This document shows positions 39,201 to 54,200 of a stretch of DNA of 64,000 bases, in pieces (position 1 is the stretch's first letter; each line of letters opens with the position of its first letter). The DNA is from Tubiluchus corallicola (lineage: Eukaryota > Animalia > Priapulida), in NCBI GenBank assembly GCA_030141605.1, contig JAQGDQ010000493.1, positions 1-64,000 of the forward strand, in the 5' to 3' direction. The notes beneath the pieces are model-generated. The model did no database searches. It was not told the origin of the DNA and was given only the letters and a program-made list of their open reading frames with translations. A program made the position numbers and the translations under genes.

Positions 39201-42200
39201 ATCATTCAATCACACTATTTGTATTTTTTTTCAGAAGTATTGATTTAGTGCCACAAATAAATTTTGGGTGAAGAACAATTATCCCCTAGAAGCGGCCCAT
39301 ACGCTTATATTGTCTCATGTTTAGACTGTAAGATTTTCGCTTTCTCACTTTCCCCATATATATTTGTCTATTTTTCTGTATCTATCTTCTAGGGATAATG
39401 TACCTGTATCGATAATTCTTTCTCTATTATTTAGATATTATGGTTTTGATTACTTATACTACTCTTCAGTGATAGGATTATGCTGCTACAATAGGAACAG
39501 TATTTTGGACTCAGGGAAATTAATTCTAACTTGAGTTTTGTAGTTTTTCATTTTTGTACTGATATTCATAATCTTCTGTGTATAGCCATGAAACTTATTC
39601 ATATAAAAAGTATAAAAAATTAATGGATTTCTATTTTATATGTATATACCAAGTGTTGTCAGATTCGTTTGCTAGCAATGACTCTCAGTCTTAACAATCG
39701 GTACTTCTTTTCTAATAGAGGGCTTATTGTTTAGTCTTTCCTGGTATCCGTTAGCGATTCAGTGTGTAGAGAATGCCCTGAATCAGGGTCGGACTCGGTA
39801 CTAGGGGCATGCATGATGTGCTGTCCTGAAATCCATCAGAAGAGGCAATTATTCATATTTGTAGTCATATGAAAATCCACTGGGGCGGGTATTGGGGGAC
39901 TAATCAATATATTTTTATTTGCAGCTTGACTAGTCCTACAAATGCATGAAATAAAATTTTGGCCAGCGATCTCCCAAGTGTCCAGAATTTTTAGCCAAAG
40001 TTGCTCTTTTTTGCCATTTTCACAACCTTGACCTATATTTAGCTATTCGCCTTTGGATGACGGTGTTGCCATTAGAATCGATACAAAGTGCAGCAACGTC
40101 AATGTTTATAGTAGTAATGGACTGGCTTTAGATGTCTGGGCACTCCTAGCAATCGGGAATAACATAGTGATTTTTATAATCTGTATAAAACACGGAATAG
40201 TTTCATGTACATAATAACAGTTTCGTGTACAAGTGCTCGGGCTATATACCTATGGCCCGTGGATCAATATGGGGGCCTCGGGAGGGCCCCACTGTCTTGA
40301 CTGAAAAATAGACTTCAGTCAAAAAGGTTTAGTGTCGCTTTGCTAAACAAGATTCTAAAGTAAGGCGGACAAGGCGAGGCAAGGCACTATTTGTGAAATT
40401 GTGTTGAAACCGCCGCGAGCATCGAATATAACATGTTGCGAGCCAATTTTTAAAACGCGCACAGCTTTGTGTGGTCTTGTATTCAACAGGCGAATAGCTG
40501 TCAGTCCCTGATATTTTTCATCAATTCAATTCGAGTTAATAGTTAGTTAGTTACTAATACCTTGGTGTGGTAACTTTGGCAGCTTCGACAACCAGACTTC
40601 TGCTTACTAACAACGGGCATTAACAAAAAAACTGGTTAAGAAACGCAGCAAAGGCCAGTACGACCCTGCCTCGGCCGTTACATACTAATTCCGACTCTGT
40701 GCAACGTATGTTTCAAGCCATTCGCTCATATTGTATTTAACCGCCAGGTTTCCACAGTCTCGTAAAGATATACGCATAAACACCGACTACCATATTCAAC
40801 TAAACTCTAACGAGAATCAGGGCGCTGACGCTTATAATCGCAAATTTTCAAAATAACAAAAAGACAACAACAAATTCTTTACGTCCACGACTATTTTTTA
40901 TTCGCCAATATTCAATGAAAAGTCGCACTATAGTAAATAATAATAAGCTAATAATTGATAATACATACAGTAAGCTGCTACAATGTGTTGCTATGGTAAC
41001 CTCCTTATCAAAAGAGACACAGAGAGACAGAGAGAGACACAGAGAGACAGAGAGAAACACAGAGAGACACAGAGAGGCAGAGAGACAGAGAGAGTTACAG
41101 AGAGACAGAGAGAGACACAGAGAGAGACAGAGACACACAGAGAGAGAGAGAGACAGAGAGACAGAGTGAGACACAGAGAGACAGAAAGAGACGGAAAGAG
41201 ACAGAGAGAGAGAGACAGAGACACACAGAGAGACAGAGAGAGAGACAGCGAGAGACACACAGAGAGAGAGACACGAAGAGACAGAGACAGAGAGGCAGAG
41301 AGAAACACAGAGAGACACAGAGAGAGAGAGACACACAGAGAGACAGAGAGAGAGAGACAGAGACAGAGACACAGAGAGACAGAGAGAGAGAGAGAGAGAT
41401 AGAGAGAGACATAGAGAGACACAGAGAGACACAGAGAGACACAGAGAGACACAGAGAGACAGAGAGAGACACAGAGAGACAAAGAGACACAGAGAGACAC
41501 AGAGAGACAGAGACACAGAGAGACAGAGAGAGACACAGAGAGACAGAGAGAGAGACACAGAGAGATAGAGAAAGACACAGGGAGACAGAGAGAGACACAG
41601 AGAGATAGAGAAAGACACAGGGAGACAGAGAGAGACACAGAGAGACAGAGTGAGACACAGAGAGACAGAGTGAGACACAGAGAGGCAGAGAGAGACACGG
41701 AGAGACAGAGAGAGACACAGAGAGCAGGCGAGAGACAGAGGGACACAGAGACAGAGAGACAGAGAGAGACAAAGAGAGAGACACAGAGAGACACACAGAG
41801 ACAGAGAGAGAGACAGAGAGAGAGACACAGAGAGACAGAAACGGTAATATATCGTTTCTTTTTGAAATTTTCATTTTTTTTATTCAGAATTATGAATAAT
41901 TCGTACTATTTTTTTCCGATTTAGGTCACATTCAAGATCGAATCTCGTCAATTTATGGACGAGCTGGCCAAAATTTTATTAATGATCTAAGTATGCCTGG
42001 TCAAGCTGTAAATAAACAAATATTAATTATACTTCAAATACCCGCCCCAGTGGAGTTATGATAATTTTAAAACAGGGTGTCATTCAGACTGTAGCAGACA
42101 CGCATCTTTCATGAGCTCATGATACCTACTGAAAGAGAATCTCAATTCATCAAACTCAATGTGGCAATAGGGCGAGACCCCTACTATATATACCACCCAG

Positions 42201-45200
42201 CAACTAGTCCTGGATCATTCATTTACTGCCTGTAATGATGTGACAAATATAGGTCATTTTTTTAAGTCAAAATGGCCAAAATCCGAAAAAAATCAAAATG
42301 GCGGCCTATCTCCGAAACGGCTCATTTTTGATATCTAATATTTTGGCTGTGGGGTACATCTGAGGGGATCATCCAACCCTGTGAATATAAACAAAATCGG
42401 TGATTTGTCACCTTCCACTATTTTTTGACTTTTGCATGGTTTTCTCGCGGAATGACTCTTAACCTCTCCCTGAACTCTTAACAAAGAGCCGAATTTAAAA
42501 AATCCCGTTCTCTGATACTATTAATAGTATGTCAGAAAAAGTTAGGATATCAGAAGACAATGTCTGGGTCTATGTACCAGCCAACTTACATCGACCCACC
42601 TATAATAGTTTATACAGGAGAAAAAGTTAAAATAACCCCCCAAAATAGCGATTTTTTGCCTCTTTTGAGGTCAATTTCTTGATGTGGTCATTTATCTGCC
42701 AATAGTAGCTCGATCAATTTGATATCTTGGTTACATGGTTTTGGGGGGTCGCCCTTCATGTTAGAAAAAAATGATATAAATTCGTCACCCCTCATGTGCC
42801 ACCCCCTGCATGGTGCTCTCGGGGAATCGTTCTTAACAGTATAGTATCAAGTTCATCATATTCGGGTATCTACCTAAATCAGAAAATGATTGCTTCTTAA
42901 AACAGGTTAATTAATGATGATGATGGCAATGAGAACGATGATGACAATAAGTGACAGTCGTGAATAAATTGTGAAATTACTGCTTGGATTCTTACTTGTA
43001 GGTCACCCCATCTGGTAGCAGCTCGGGAAAGAATTCGCATTAATGGGACACCTTTGAATAAAGACAGTTTTGCAAAGTACTTCTTTGAGGTTTACAACAA
43101 ACTGGAAGCAACAAAGGTGTTAGAAGTTAACAAGGTTTTTAAAATGATTTAGTGCTTTCCTCATATTTAGCTCAGTTGCTGTTTGTTGTTAAATAATAAT
43201 CACGAATCTAAGGTGGAAAAACTAAGAACATCAGAATCACGAATTTACGGTGAAAAAACTAAAAGAGTCGACTGCATGTAATCGTTAATTTTCAAGTAAT
43301 CATGATCTGAATAAGTTTGTGTTTTTTTTTGTAAATCTTTTTTACTTGGCATCATGATTGTCATTGTGAGTTCTGTAGCTAATCAACACTAATTAATTAA
43401 TTAAAACTTCACTTGTAGTATGAAGCGGACGAAGGATCAGCATTTCCTGCTTACTTTCGGTTTCTGACGATAATGGCGTTTCATGTGTTTATCACGGAGA
43501 GAGTGGATGTAGCTATTGTTGAAGTGGGAATTGGTGGCACATACGATAGTACAAACTGTGTAAGGTAATCATTTTTCGATTTGTTTTAACTGTTTGTTTG
43601 TTTGCTTGCTTGTCAGTCTGTTCCATTGCCACCAATTTGTACATTTATTCATTCGTGATGCTTTCATTCATGTATTCACTTATTCATTCTACTCATTTTT
43701 ATTCCACTTTTCTTTTACAAGAATTTGTTTAACTCATTATTCATTTTATCATTCTTTTATTCAGTCACTCACTTTACATATCATTCATTTTTTTCATTCA
43801 TGGAAACTAACGAATTAAATAAATTAACACATACTCAGTTTTAATTTTTCATGAAATGCCTAAACAACGTAATAATTTCTTAGGCTAAATTAATTAAGCT
43901 ACTGAACTGCCAGCTTCCTGGCAACTGAGTTACCGAGTTACTCATGCGACTTTTGTGTCTAATACTTCAAAGAATTATGTATTAAGAAGTAATCTATTTT
44001 ACATAGTTTTAGTAGTGTTTAACACATAAGCACATTTCTTTTTTTTAATTAGATTGTATGATAAGAAATAATCTGTTTTATATAATTTTAGTGGTTTTTG
44101 TTAAACAAATGCAATTCTTTTTTATAAATCGAACTTAAAACTATTTATAATAATTTCAGTGCTTGTCGTAGATAGGGAAATTACATACTGGGCAGTAGGC
44201 TTTTATTTGTTTTTATCATAGATTTACAAAAGTTTGTTAAACATTTAAGGTATGTTTGTTATAATGTAGTTGTTTGATGTGTAATGGATGTAACTTATAT
44301 AGCAATCTATAAAACAACTATAACTATATGAGTTTGAAACGGAAAATATTAGGCAATAGTAGTAAAAGTATCGCACACAAAATTTTTCTGCATTGTAAAA
44401 TTTTCCGCTTTTTACAGGCAGCCGGTAGTATGCGGAATTAGTTCTCTAGACTTAGACCATACAGACTTGCTTGGTAATACTTTGGATCAGATAGCTGGGC
44501 ACAAAGCGGGTATAATAAAACACGGTGCACCAGCCGTAACTGTGCCACAACCTAGTCCATGTTTAGAAGTTATAGCAAACCATGCCAGAGAAGTAAAGGT
44601 ACCCGAATTTATTGCCTCTTTTTACACCCATACTCTTTATCTCTACTCTCTCTCTCTTACACTCTCCTTCTTTCTCTCCCTAGCCTTCTGTCTTTCTCCC
44701 TACACTTTTTTCTCTTTGCTTCTCACCCCACTCTCTCTCTCTCTCTCTCTCTCCCATGCTCTATTTCTCTCTTTTAACTTTTGTCCAGTTTTCCACCTTT
44801 TATATTACAATATCTGCATTTACTTTTAGATTACCATTGCATTGCATTACTATGTGCGATGATAATAAAAATGTGAGTTTCAGTTTATCATTGTTTAATG
44901 TGAGTTGATTGGTACTTATTACATTTATTCTTCTTTTCAGAGTCCTCTTGTTCTAGCTCCAGACATTACTATGTATGACTGGGGTATGCGTGATATAGAG
45001 CTAGGTTTATGTGGTAGCATGCAACAACTGAATGCTACTCTCGCACTGCAACTGTGCCATATATGGTTAGAGAGATGCAAAAGTAAGTGTCCAGTGTTTT
45101 AGTAGGAAAAATTTTCTCACTGAGTGCTAGAAGAACTATTTCAGCTTCTGAAAATTTTGTGTAACTCATATAGCCTTAAAACAAAAGCCAAGTCTCTTGG

Positions 45201-48200
45201 GAAGTTGAGCTTATTTTAATATTTGAGCAATAAAGTTTGTGATAGGTGCCTCGTGGAATTAGTAAAATCAATTTAAAGTTGCGATCACTTCTCGCTTGGG
45301 CACGAACGAATTTTGAACGAAACATGACGTCATTTGGTTACTGTGCATTATAAATCTTTTTTGCCAGATGCTTTCTCAATCTTTTTTGAATTATAGAGCC
45401 ATCTTTATAAACTAAGTAGTCTGGGGTGCACCTACTAAATGCACGATGTGTATCTAAAAGTTACAAAAATCTGTAAATTAATTATTTACACAATTAATGT
45501 ACATTACTTACACATTTTAAGGTATAATCCTGTGGGTTATAGTTATGTAACCACTTTAAATTTGGTCAAAATTGATCCAATGATTAATTTTTACATAAAC
45601 ACAGTTAAATGTAATGCTAGAATAACAGAACTTCTGAGTGAACTGTAGAAATTTTGCAATGCGTACCTTCACCACAGCTTGCCTTTGCATTCATGCTGCC
45701 CAACGGGCACCAGCTTACATCATTTTTTTCAAATATGCTAGCAGAGATGTTCGTTTGATGGGAGATAAGAAGTATTTGAATTTCTTTTACATTTTTAAGC
45801 AAGGTCTTCTACGTGCATATATTGTTTGGTGATTCAAGATTCTTAATTGTATATTAAAATGCAATAAATCTTGTGCAAGGGTTGCTTTTTCCTTTTATGT
45901 GAGCTAGTACAATAAGGTTTAGCTTCACGACAGTAATCCTTTCAAACAAAATGTGATGTTAACTGAAACATTGTTCTTCTTTACCACCTTGTCACGTTTT
46001 ATTGTCACAAATTTACCACTATTTTGCCTGATACTAGAAAATCTAAATAGTTTTGATCTAAAATTGAAATTCAGATGGTCAGTTTATCCACTTTTATTGA
46101 TGCTGATAAAAATTTCGTTTTTAAGTGTACATGAGTTTTATTTATTTATTTTAGATTTAGATGCAGATTATAAAACTATATACACAAGATAAAAAGCTGT
46201 GCAAGAACAGCACAGGTTTGTTTAAATAATAAATGAAGATATTAGTAAGGAGTTCCAGTGTTGGAAGTACAATGATTTATATTGAATATCTGTATCAGTT
46301 ATGCAAGATAAAATCATATTACTACTATTTAAAATTCTATTTTTTAGACTAAAGACACGTTTATGCAGTAAGACCTAAAATGATCAATACAATTCTTTGC
46401 ACAAATTGCAGACGCATGCGTACCGTATTCATAATTAAAAAACGTTTGGAGGGTAATATTGTACGAAGCGCGAAGTTTTGTTAGACTGCCGTGCATATGT
46501 GTCTGTAATTTTTATATCTTTTACTGTTAGCTTTCGATTTAGTAAGATAATACTAGCATTCATATGGCTCTAAATTTATTCTATCCTAGAAATTTGTCAA
46601 GACAAGCAGCATTCTATTCTCTTCAATAGCACATGTATTTTTAATCCTTTGTACTTTTCCTTGTTATAGATTCCAACAAAAGCAGGATGGTAAATAGGTG
46701 GCCATGTCACAAGCAAATAAGGAATTTTTCTGCTGATAAGGATGAATCCATAAGTGATAAGTCGGGAAAAATTATTCCTGTTGGTGAAACATTTCAAATC
46801 ACAGAATTGTTCGCTGAAGGTACATAAGTTTCTGTATCGATTTTGAAAATATTTAATACATATAGTGTTGAGTGTGCAAATAAGTGTATATATGTAAATA
46901 TTAGTAGTATTTTTTCCACTAACACGGTCATAAATTATCATTAATATTAATTTATATACTAAATTTGCCATCTATTAAAAAAACCAGCTATAATTATAAT
47001 TGTATATAAGAATAGCTACTAAGGTTAGTAGCAGTCTAATTATATCTTTAGAGCATCTGCCCAAAAATTATATATCGTCAATTGATATTTTATGTCAGAG
47101 ATTATACATATCACCTATATATCAAATTGAGTTATTTGATTATCAACTAAAGCCATTATGCGTTGCACAAAATAAAATTGTCAAATTAATTACATTTACT
47201 TAATATAGAGATCATGCTACGCCTTCATTTGATGTCTTGCAAGTCTTAAAAATACATGATATACATCAGTTAGAGTTAGCTAATTTTATGTATAAATATT
47301 ACACAAATAGTTTACCTGAAATATCGTACATATTAATTTCGGTTTTATAATAATATATAACCGACGAGGCTACAGCTCCAACGACGGCACCATTTTCGGC
47401 GACTTATACATCAGGACCGACAGATTTGCCATTGGGGTTTTATTTTTCGAATAGGGCCCACTAGGAGGAATGGGGGGGGGGCGAATTCCAAATTATTTGC
47501 CAAGATTACACGCAATAGAAATGTTTTACAATTTTTTTACAATGTGTGAATCTTTAAGTTATAACTGCTGTTCGACTGGGAACAAGCATATAAGCTTACA
47601 TTTTCAATTTTATTATTCTGTTAGTTGCAAATGTATTTTCATTTTTGGAGGTGTTTCTTAATTTCTATGGATATGACAAGTTTCGGTGTATAAACATCAC
47701 AGATGGAAACAAAGCCTGTCACTGTATAAGCAGACCGTGGTGACTTTTTTCTAAATGTGCACTTAACATATGCTGTGAAATTTATTACTACACTATCACA
47801 CTCATTGTGTGTAATTTTAACTAACTCGATAAATATTATTGTTAAGCATTTCCTTGGACCATTTAGATTGCTGTTTTCTAGTTTTGCTTTTACAATAAAG
47901 TTTTATTAATAGTCATTGAACAACTATACATGGTGTAACATAATATGCAGAGTGTAAAAAAATGATAGTCGTGCTAGTTTAAAAGTTTTTCTGACACAGA
48001 TATTAATGCATTTTTGATATTTTAATCTTACATTAAATCAAGCGAGCCTCTTTAAAAACATGTGATGACACCATTCCAATTGAGAAACCAATATGAATTG
48101 TACCTCTGTTTATTTATGAGGAACAGAGCTACGAAAGATGGCACTACCAGATTTAAAAAAAATGTCCTTTACTCAAAAGTAAAATACTTTTTGGCACAGT

Positions 48201-51200
48201 TTTCACATTCTTTATGGCTAATGTTGTACGGGAGACCTAAGCGATGAAGCCTCAGGCCACTTTTGAGTCCTCAATTTGGATTACAATGCAATGAACGATC
48301 TCAGCCCTCTTGAAAATTTCTACTGAAAAAAGCAGTCAATGTGTCCCAGTAGAGCACTTTCTTAAAAGACGCTCGAAGTTCCCGATTTTTCCACGCATAA
48401 ATTAACGGATTCATAAATGAATTACTGTTCAACAGAATATAGCAAACTGAAAGCACAGAATTTGGTATAATATCTTCACTCTCTTCAAGGACCATAATCA
48501 CACTGACCACCAGAAATGGAGACCAACACACGAAGAACGTGCCAACGACTAGAGTGATTAATTTGGCTGATTTTAAGTTACGTTTGTATGATCTTCGAGC
48601 ATCAATTTCTGATTCAATCTGGCGCATGTGTCTTCGAGCAATACACATGATATTGACATTGATGAACAGTAACACTACTGCAGTTATATAAAAAATAGTT
48701 AGCATGAAAATGATTACTTCCAAACTAGCAACATGTGAGAAGGTACAGTAAACAGCTGGCCTGTTTTCGTGATACAATAAGATACTTATGCCAAAAGAGC
48801 AAATCCACGAACCAAAAATAATAAGAAGAACCATCCAGCTCTTCCATATTTGCTCGTATCGCAATGGGTATTTGATGATGAAAAACCTGTCTATCGTAAC
48901 AGTTGTTAACATTACTGCCGATTCAAAAGCGAAGACCAAAGCAAAGTACATTAAAATAAGACATTTGTAGCTGTACAATGGACGACTTTCGTCTGAGGAT
49001 GCATAAGTAATAACATGCAGAAGTACACCCGTTAACATGTCCGTAACTGCTAAGTTGCATATGTACCAGTTTTTGTATTCTTCCGTGTGTCTGTACTTCA
49101 CAATAGCTATAATAACTATCAAATTAGAAATTTCAACTATCACAGACAGAATGTGGTAACATATTGTGGTTAACAAGCTATCGAAAAAAAACGATCGTTG
49201 CACTACTGATTGACTTCCATTATGAAATTCCATGATGTGTAGATTTTCTTACTTCCATGTGTCATGTAGATCTGGCATCTCTGTCACTTTTTGTCATGTT
49301 TACAGTCAAATGTGTGTTGCACTTCCATTAGCGAACATTCATTGATTTGTTTACTTGTTTCAGTATACTAGTCAACGCTACATATTGTTACTATTGTAAT
49401 GTATGTTTCCTCATTCTGTCAGTTTACACAAGAACTCTATTGTACTTCAGAAAACGAAACAAACTTATTGCTAAAAATAAGAACATCACAAACATTTCGA
49501 CTGCAGTATTCAGCATCAACTTCAGTGAAAAGAGTTTCAAGCATCAAACAGCTCATAAACGCAAAGTTGGCAGATAGCACAGTTTGGTAATAGGTGTAAT
49601 GTTGCTTCGAGACACCGATTATTATGCTGAGAGACTAAAACTTTGCAAATACATGTTTGAAGTAATGTGTTTGTTCAGAATGTTAGCATGTTCTGTTTTT
49701 TAAACACAGTAGCATTATTGTGTCATCACAACAGTATAATTTGGGTAATAAAGTGTCAAATAAAATTGGGACAGAATGACAGCATCAGGCCATCTGTTTG
49801 AAACTAGGCGTAATACAGAAATGTCCAAGCAATAAATGTTTCTCGGAGTTTCTTTAAAAGACAATTACTATTGATTCAAACTGTTATGTCGTGAGATATC
49901 GAAATCTGGATTTAGCCAACAATCTAAGTTAAAAGAAAAAAAGAAGGTACCAAAGAATTATGAGCCGACAAGGAATTGAACCAAGAAATCGGTTTCTTGT
50001 GATTTCAAGCCACACGCTCTAGCCATTTGGGCTATCAACCCGCATGGCTAAAGACACATGGCTGAATTCTAACACCAGTATACGCACAATAGTCAGAGTT
50101 GCCTGTCTAAAGTTAACTCATCATGAACAACTCACCTGGTACATGACCCATGTAATGTGGGATGGGTCGGACGCGCCTCATGAATCCTTCTGCTCTCAGC
50201 TGTGCAAATGGCTTCTCGTCCTTGACCTTGATGACACATGGCCTCTCTGTGTTATTTGGCATCATACAACTGTTTTGCTTAAAGAACGATCTCCACCCCA
50301 TTTTGGTCACATTCACAGGAGATCGTGTTATGGCATTGGCAATAGATTACTACTGTACGCTGGCAAAAGTATTATAACTGCTATTGTTAATTCATTTTAG
50401 TGCTGCATTTGTATTTTATATGGTGTTAGTTACCGGAATAAAAATTTGAATGAATTGAATTAAAAATGTTTAGGTGTAACTTATCCTGTGTTATAACCCT
50501 ATTTAGATTTTGTGGTAGGGCTACGGCATCTCGTGCCTGGCATTTTCCCGGACCCAACTCCCCATTTTTTTGGGGAAACGTTCTAGCGGTGCTCAGTGGG
50601 ACTCTTGGAAGGAGATATGTGGCTCTTTAGAAAAAGGAGGAACTAGGCTATACGATCGTGTGAGCCACGTTTTAGGAAACATCCATCATGAGGAGCTGTG
50701 ATGAGTTGATTGGAGGTTCCATTTCAGGCGATTTTCGCTTGGAAAACTGCTGATGCAAAGCCATTGTTCTGACGTCATCCATTATACTCTGCTTATAACC
50801 TTATAATTTTAATTCAGTAAAAGCTGCTAATGGCTTTGCATTATAAATGAGGACTATGTAGGATGTTCACGTATTATTGATTATAAGTGTATTTATATGC
50901 AAATTGTTTGCGGGGCCTTTGCTAGTTTTCAAATTATTTTACTGTAGTCAGTGATATTCATAACTATAGCGCAAGAGCAGCTACTAGGAAGCATTACTTT
51001 ATCCTAAAATATTCAACAAACATATGGGTTAAACTCCCATTAGGTATCAAGGAGTAAAACTTTGGAATAAGTTATATTTATATATTAAAAACTCCCCGTC
51101 AGTTTCTTGCATGGCTTCTAAACTTAAAAAGACTCTACTAGTAAATTATACTAGCATTGACTAACATTACATTTATTTAAACTAAGTGGTTTTTACTTGT

Positions 51201-54200
51201 ACTAATAATATTAACTAACTTACCGAATATTAACCTGGACTACAATTGTAAAAAATTACATATAATAGCAGTGCAAAATATTAGCATATTTAGATGTAAA
51301 TTAAATAAAAAATAAAAAAAGTTCACTAGTGGTGACAGGTTTAACGAATATGGGTATGATATCCAAGTAATCATGACTATCCCGTATGTTTATATGTATA
51401 TGTATGTACGTATGTATTTGTATACCTATATGAACGTAAAAAAGTACTTGGAAAAATACCTTCTTAATACTAAAAAGCAGTTCTTCTTAAATTCTGTTTA
51501 TTTTTTTAAATAATTACCACACAACACTACACTCATGAATATTGTCATTTATATTTTCTTTTTGTTTTGGTAGAATATTCCAAAGGATCGCATATCATTG
51601 CTTAAGATATGCTTAGTGCTTTTTTCTGTCACTGTATAAATTATAATTTTGTTAAATCAAACATTCATTTATCAACATAACTGCAAATATACATAAAATT
51701 ATATGTTAATTACCTTAGTTTTTGTTTAGAAACTACGAATTTAGGAAATCAAGCTGGTTAAATTAATTTATTATCTGTACCACACTATTACTCACTAGCG
51801 CCTCCTGTGATCAAGTAATTTTAACATATTAAAAGGATGGCTGACTTGATGACCTTTTGGTCAGCTCGCTATCCTCTCTCCTTTTCACTTATTATTAGCA
51901 ATTATCCTTTATTTACCTGTATACTATTCATCTATTGCTCCCTTATAGACTGGAAGTGGTTACTGTACATTTGTAAATTAGAGGAAAAATAAATTTCAAT
52001 TTCCATTTGTTATAGTTAGGCACCTTGCTGTTTTCTATGGCAGATAAATTACTTAATGTAGATGTTAATGGCAGGATCGAGACTTGGCTTCATTATCAAA
52101 GCATATCCACCAAGATGAGGCACTGAGCTGATGGAGGTGTCTCAGCCAAGTTCAGACATAAATACAGCCTCATATAACTAAGTAAATTTTACTGTTTAAC
52201 TATTTCAGTGAAGCATTGTTAGTATTGTCCCACAGTGAGCTGTTAGTTGCCTGGTTTTGTTAGTGTAGCATAATTTACTATGTGCTAAAACCATCATACC
52301 GCTTCATTTGGAATTTAGGTTTGAGAGATACGGTTTGGTTGGGGCGAACTCAAACACTAAGCAGGAGCAATGTGACGTACTACCTGGATGGTGCTCACAC
52401 GCCTAATAGTATAGAGGTGAGTTCACCACAAAATCATAATATTATTAATTTGTAATGAAAAACTGTGCAGCACTTTGGCAAGTTGCTACCCCTCTATACT
52501 TAACAGGTGACACTGGATTTTAGTTGGAACCAAAGGGTTGAAATTCTGGTAGTCTTAACAAGTGGTGCTGATAAGCCACTAGCCTAGCAATGTTTAGTTT
52601 TTGCTGTGTTACTGCTATGTTTACCTGTCTTTAGGACAGATATCTTTTATTTTAGAATTCTGCCTGCCCAGTGTTTACAATAGACGTAATTGACATACAA
52701 TGATGAGTCTTTGCAACTTTAGGAGCTAATTCTTATAAATATTCCATCTGTTAGGTCAGAATGTTGGTCATCTAGCTCAGGGCAAATATTTTTTTTGGTA
52801 AAATTTTGATTTGCTGGGGTTTTTCTCTGTGTACCTAATGCTCTTTGTGCATTGCAGTTTTGTGTACAGTGGTTTAACGAAAGAGTCGAAGCTGAAGCAG
52901 AAAATAACAGGTTTGCCAAACAATATTTTCAAGATTTCTTGATTTGCAAGGCACAAGCGCATGTTCAACTCTAGCTATACCACTGTAGCATGATTGAAAT
53001 TACTAATGTTATGAGTGCATTGTGATTATCATTTTTATAGTTTCATCTGTTTCTTAAACATTACTAACAAGAACATTTGGTGTTTCTAAATTATATTTAT
53101 GCGACTTCTTCATTGGCTGACAAACGTAGTTACTTCAACTAGGTGCGGTGTCTTGCCAATATGTGCGTTATCACCTTCAATTAGAGATGCATTTGAATGA
53201 AAGTAATTGCTGTATTGCTAATGATTTGAGTTGTCGGCTGGTGTAACTAGAGCTAAACATGTGCCGTTACTTTTACAATTTAGTAGCAGTTCAATCAATA
53301 GGAAAGATTTCATTGTCACGTTTTTGTAGTCTACGATATGACACCAAATTTTGGTATCAAAAGTATGCCCAGATAGCCTGTGTTATTCTGTCGATGTGCC
53401 TCATAGTTGCAAATATTGTATCCCAGTGTTACTATTTGTGCCATTTGTCATAATGTGACTGACTGCATTGTGTTATTTATTTGAGCTATATTGTAATAAG
53501 CCTTTTCACAGTTCCAGCGATTAATAATTGATCGTGAAAAGATCATAGGTTGAGTGTACCAGACAACACATTTGTGTACACTTAACCACACCTCATAGCC
53601 CATGCTATTGTAATAGTAACAGTTTTAACAGCTAACTAGAACCTTACCTAGTTCATTTTTTCTTGTTCCCAAGTAAGATCCTGCTAGTAAATCGCTCTAA
53701 GCACAGACTAATGCATAATTAAGCAAAGTTCACGTAAAACAACTGAAGTTACTGAACTGATGCAGCAGACGGCTTTACTTTACCCACCAGTCTCGTGATG
53801 GTTGTAGTTAAGACGTATTGCTGTGGTACACTTAATCTTTGACCTACAGCAACTGCGCGTGTGCGCAAAGAAACTGTGGAAAGACTTATTGTCGTATCAA
53901 TATTCTCGTGCATTCTAAAACTGTATTTGGATAATTTTAGTTACATATAACAAAACGTCTTGATGTTAAAAGAATAGTTTCATTCTAGGGACGATGTTTG
54001 CAAAGTGTTACTGTTCAATTCAACTGGTAACAGGTCCCCGTCTAAACTACTGGCACCTCTAGTGGTGAGTTATTGTGATTTTTTGGTGTTGTTACTGCTT
54101 GCTTGGTGGTTCTAAAGAAAATTTCACACCGTTAATTTAAAAACTCACTCGAATTTCATTCTCACAACCACTGCTAGTCTTTTATTCTCTTTGTGTTTCC

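Larger units (their letters stand above)
37125..42458 (+). mobile_element. Large Sola3-like DNA transposon remnant with nested insertions
   Basis: TTAA-flanked imperfect TIRs (GAACGCGTCCACGAGAACACCATGCAAAA / TTTTGCATGGTTTTCTCGCGGAATGACTC) and a Cys-containing ORF start [13 protein letters not shown]...[10 protein letters not shown] (37835-38040). A related right end lies at 42807-42836. The superfamily call is from recalled TIR/TSD rules. Confidence 0.6.

Noticed and set aside
40848-41924. Long ORFs (SLCLS.../RDRERH...) on both strands
   Set aside because: They are artefacts of the stop-free AG/AC microsatellite.
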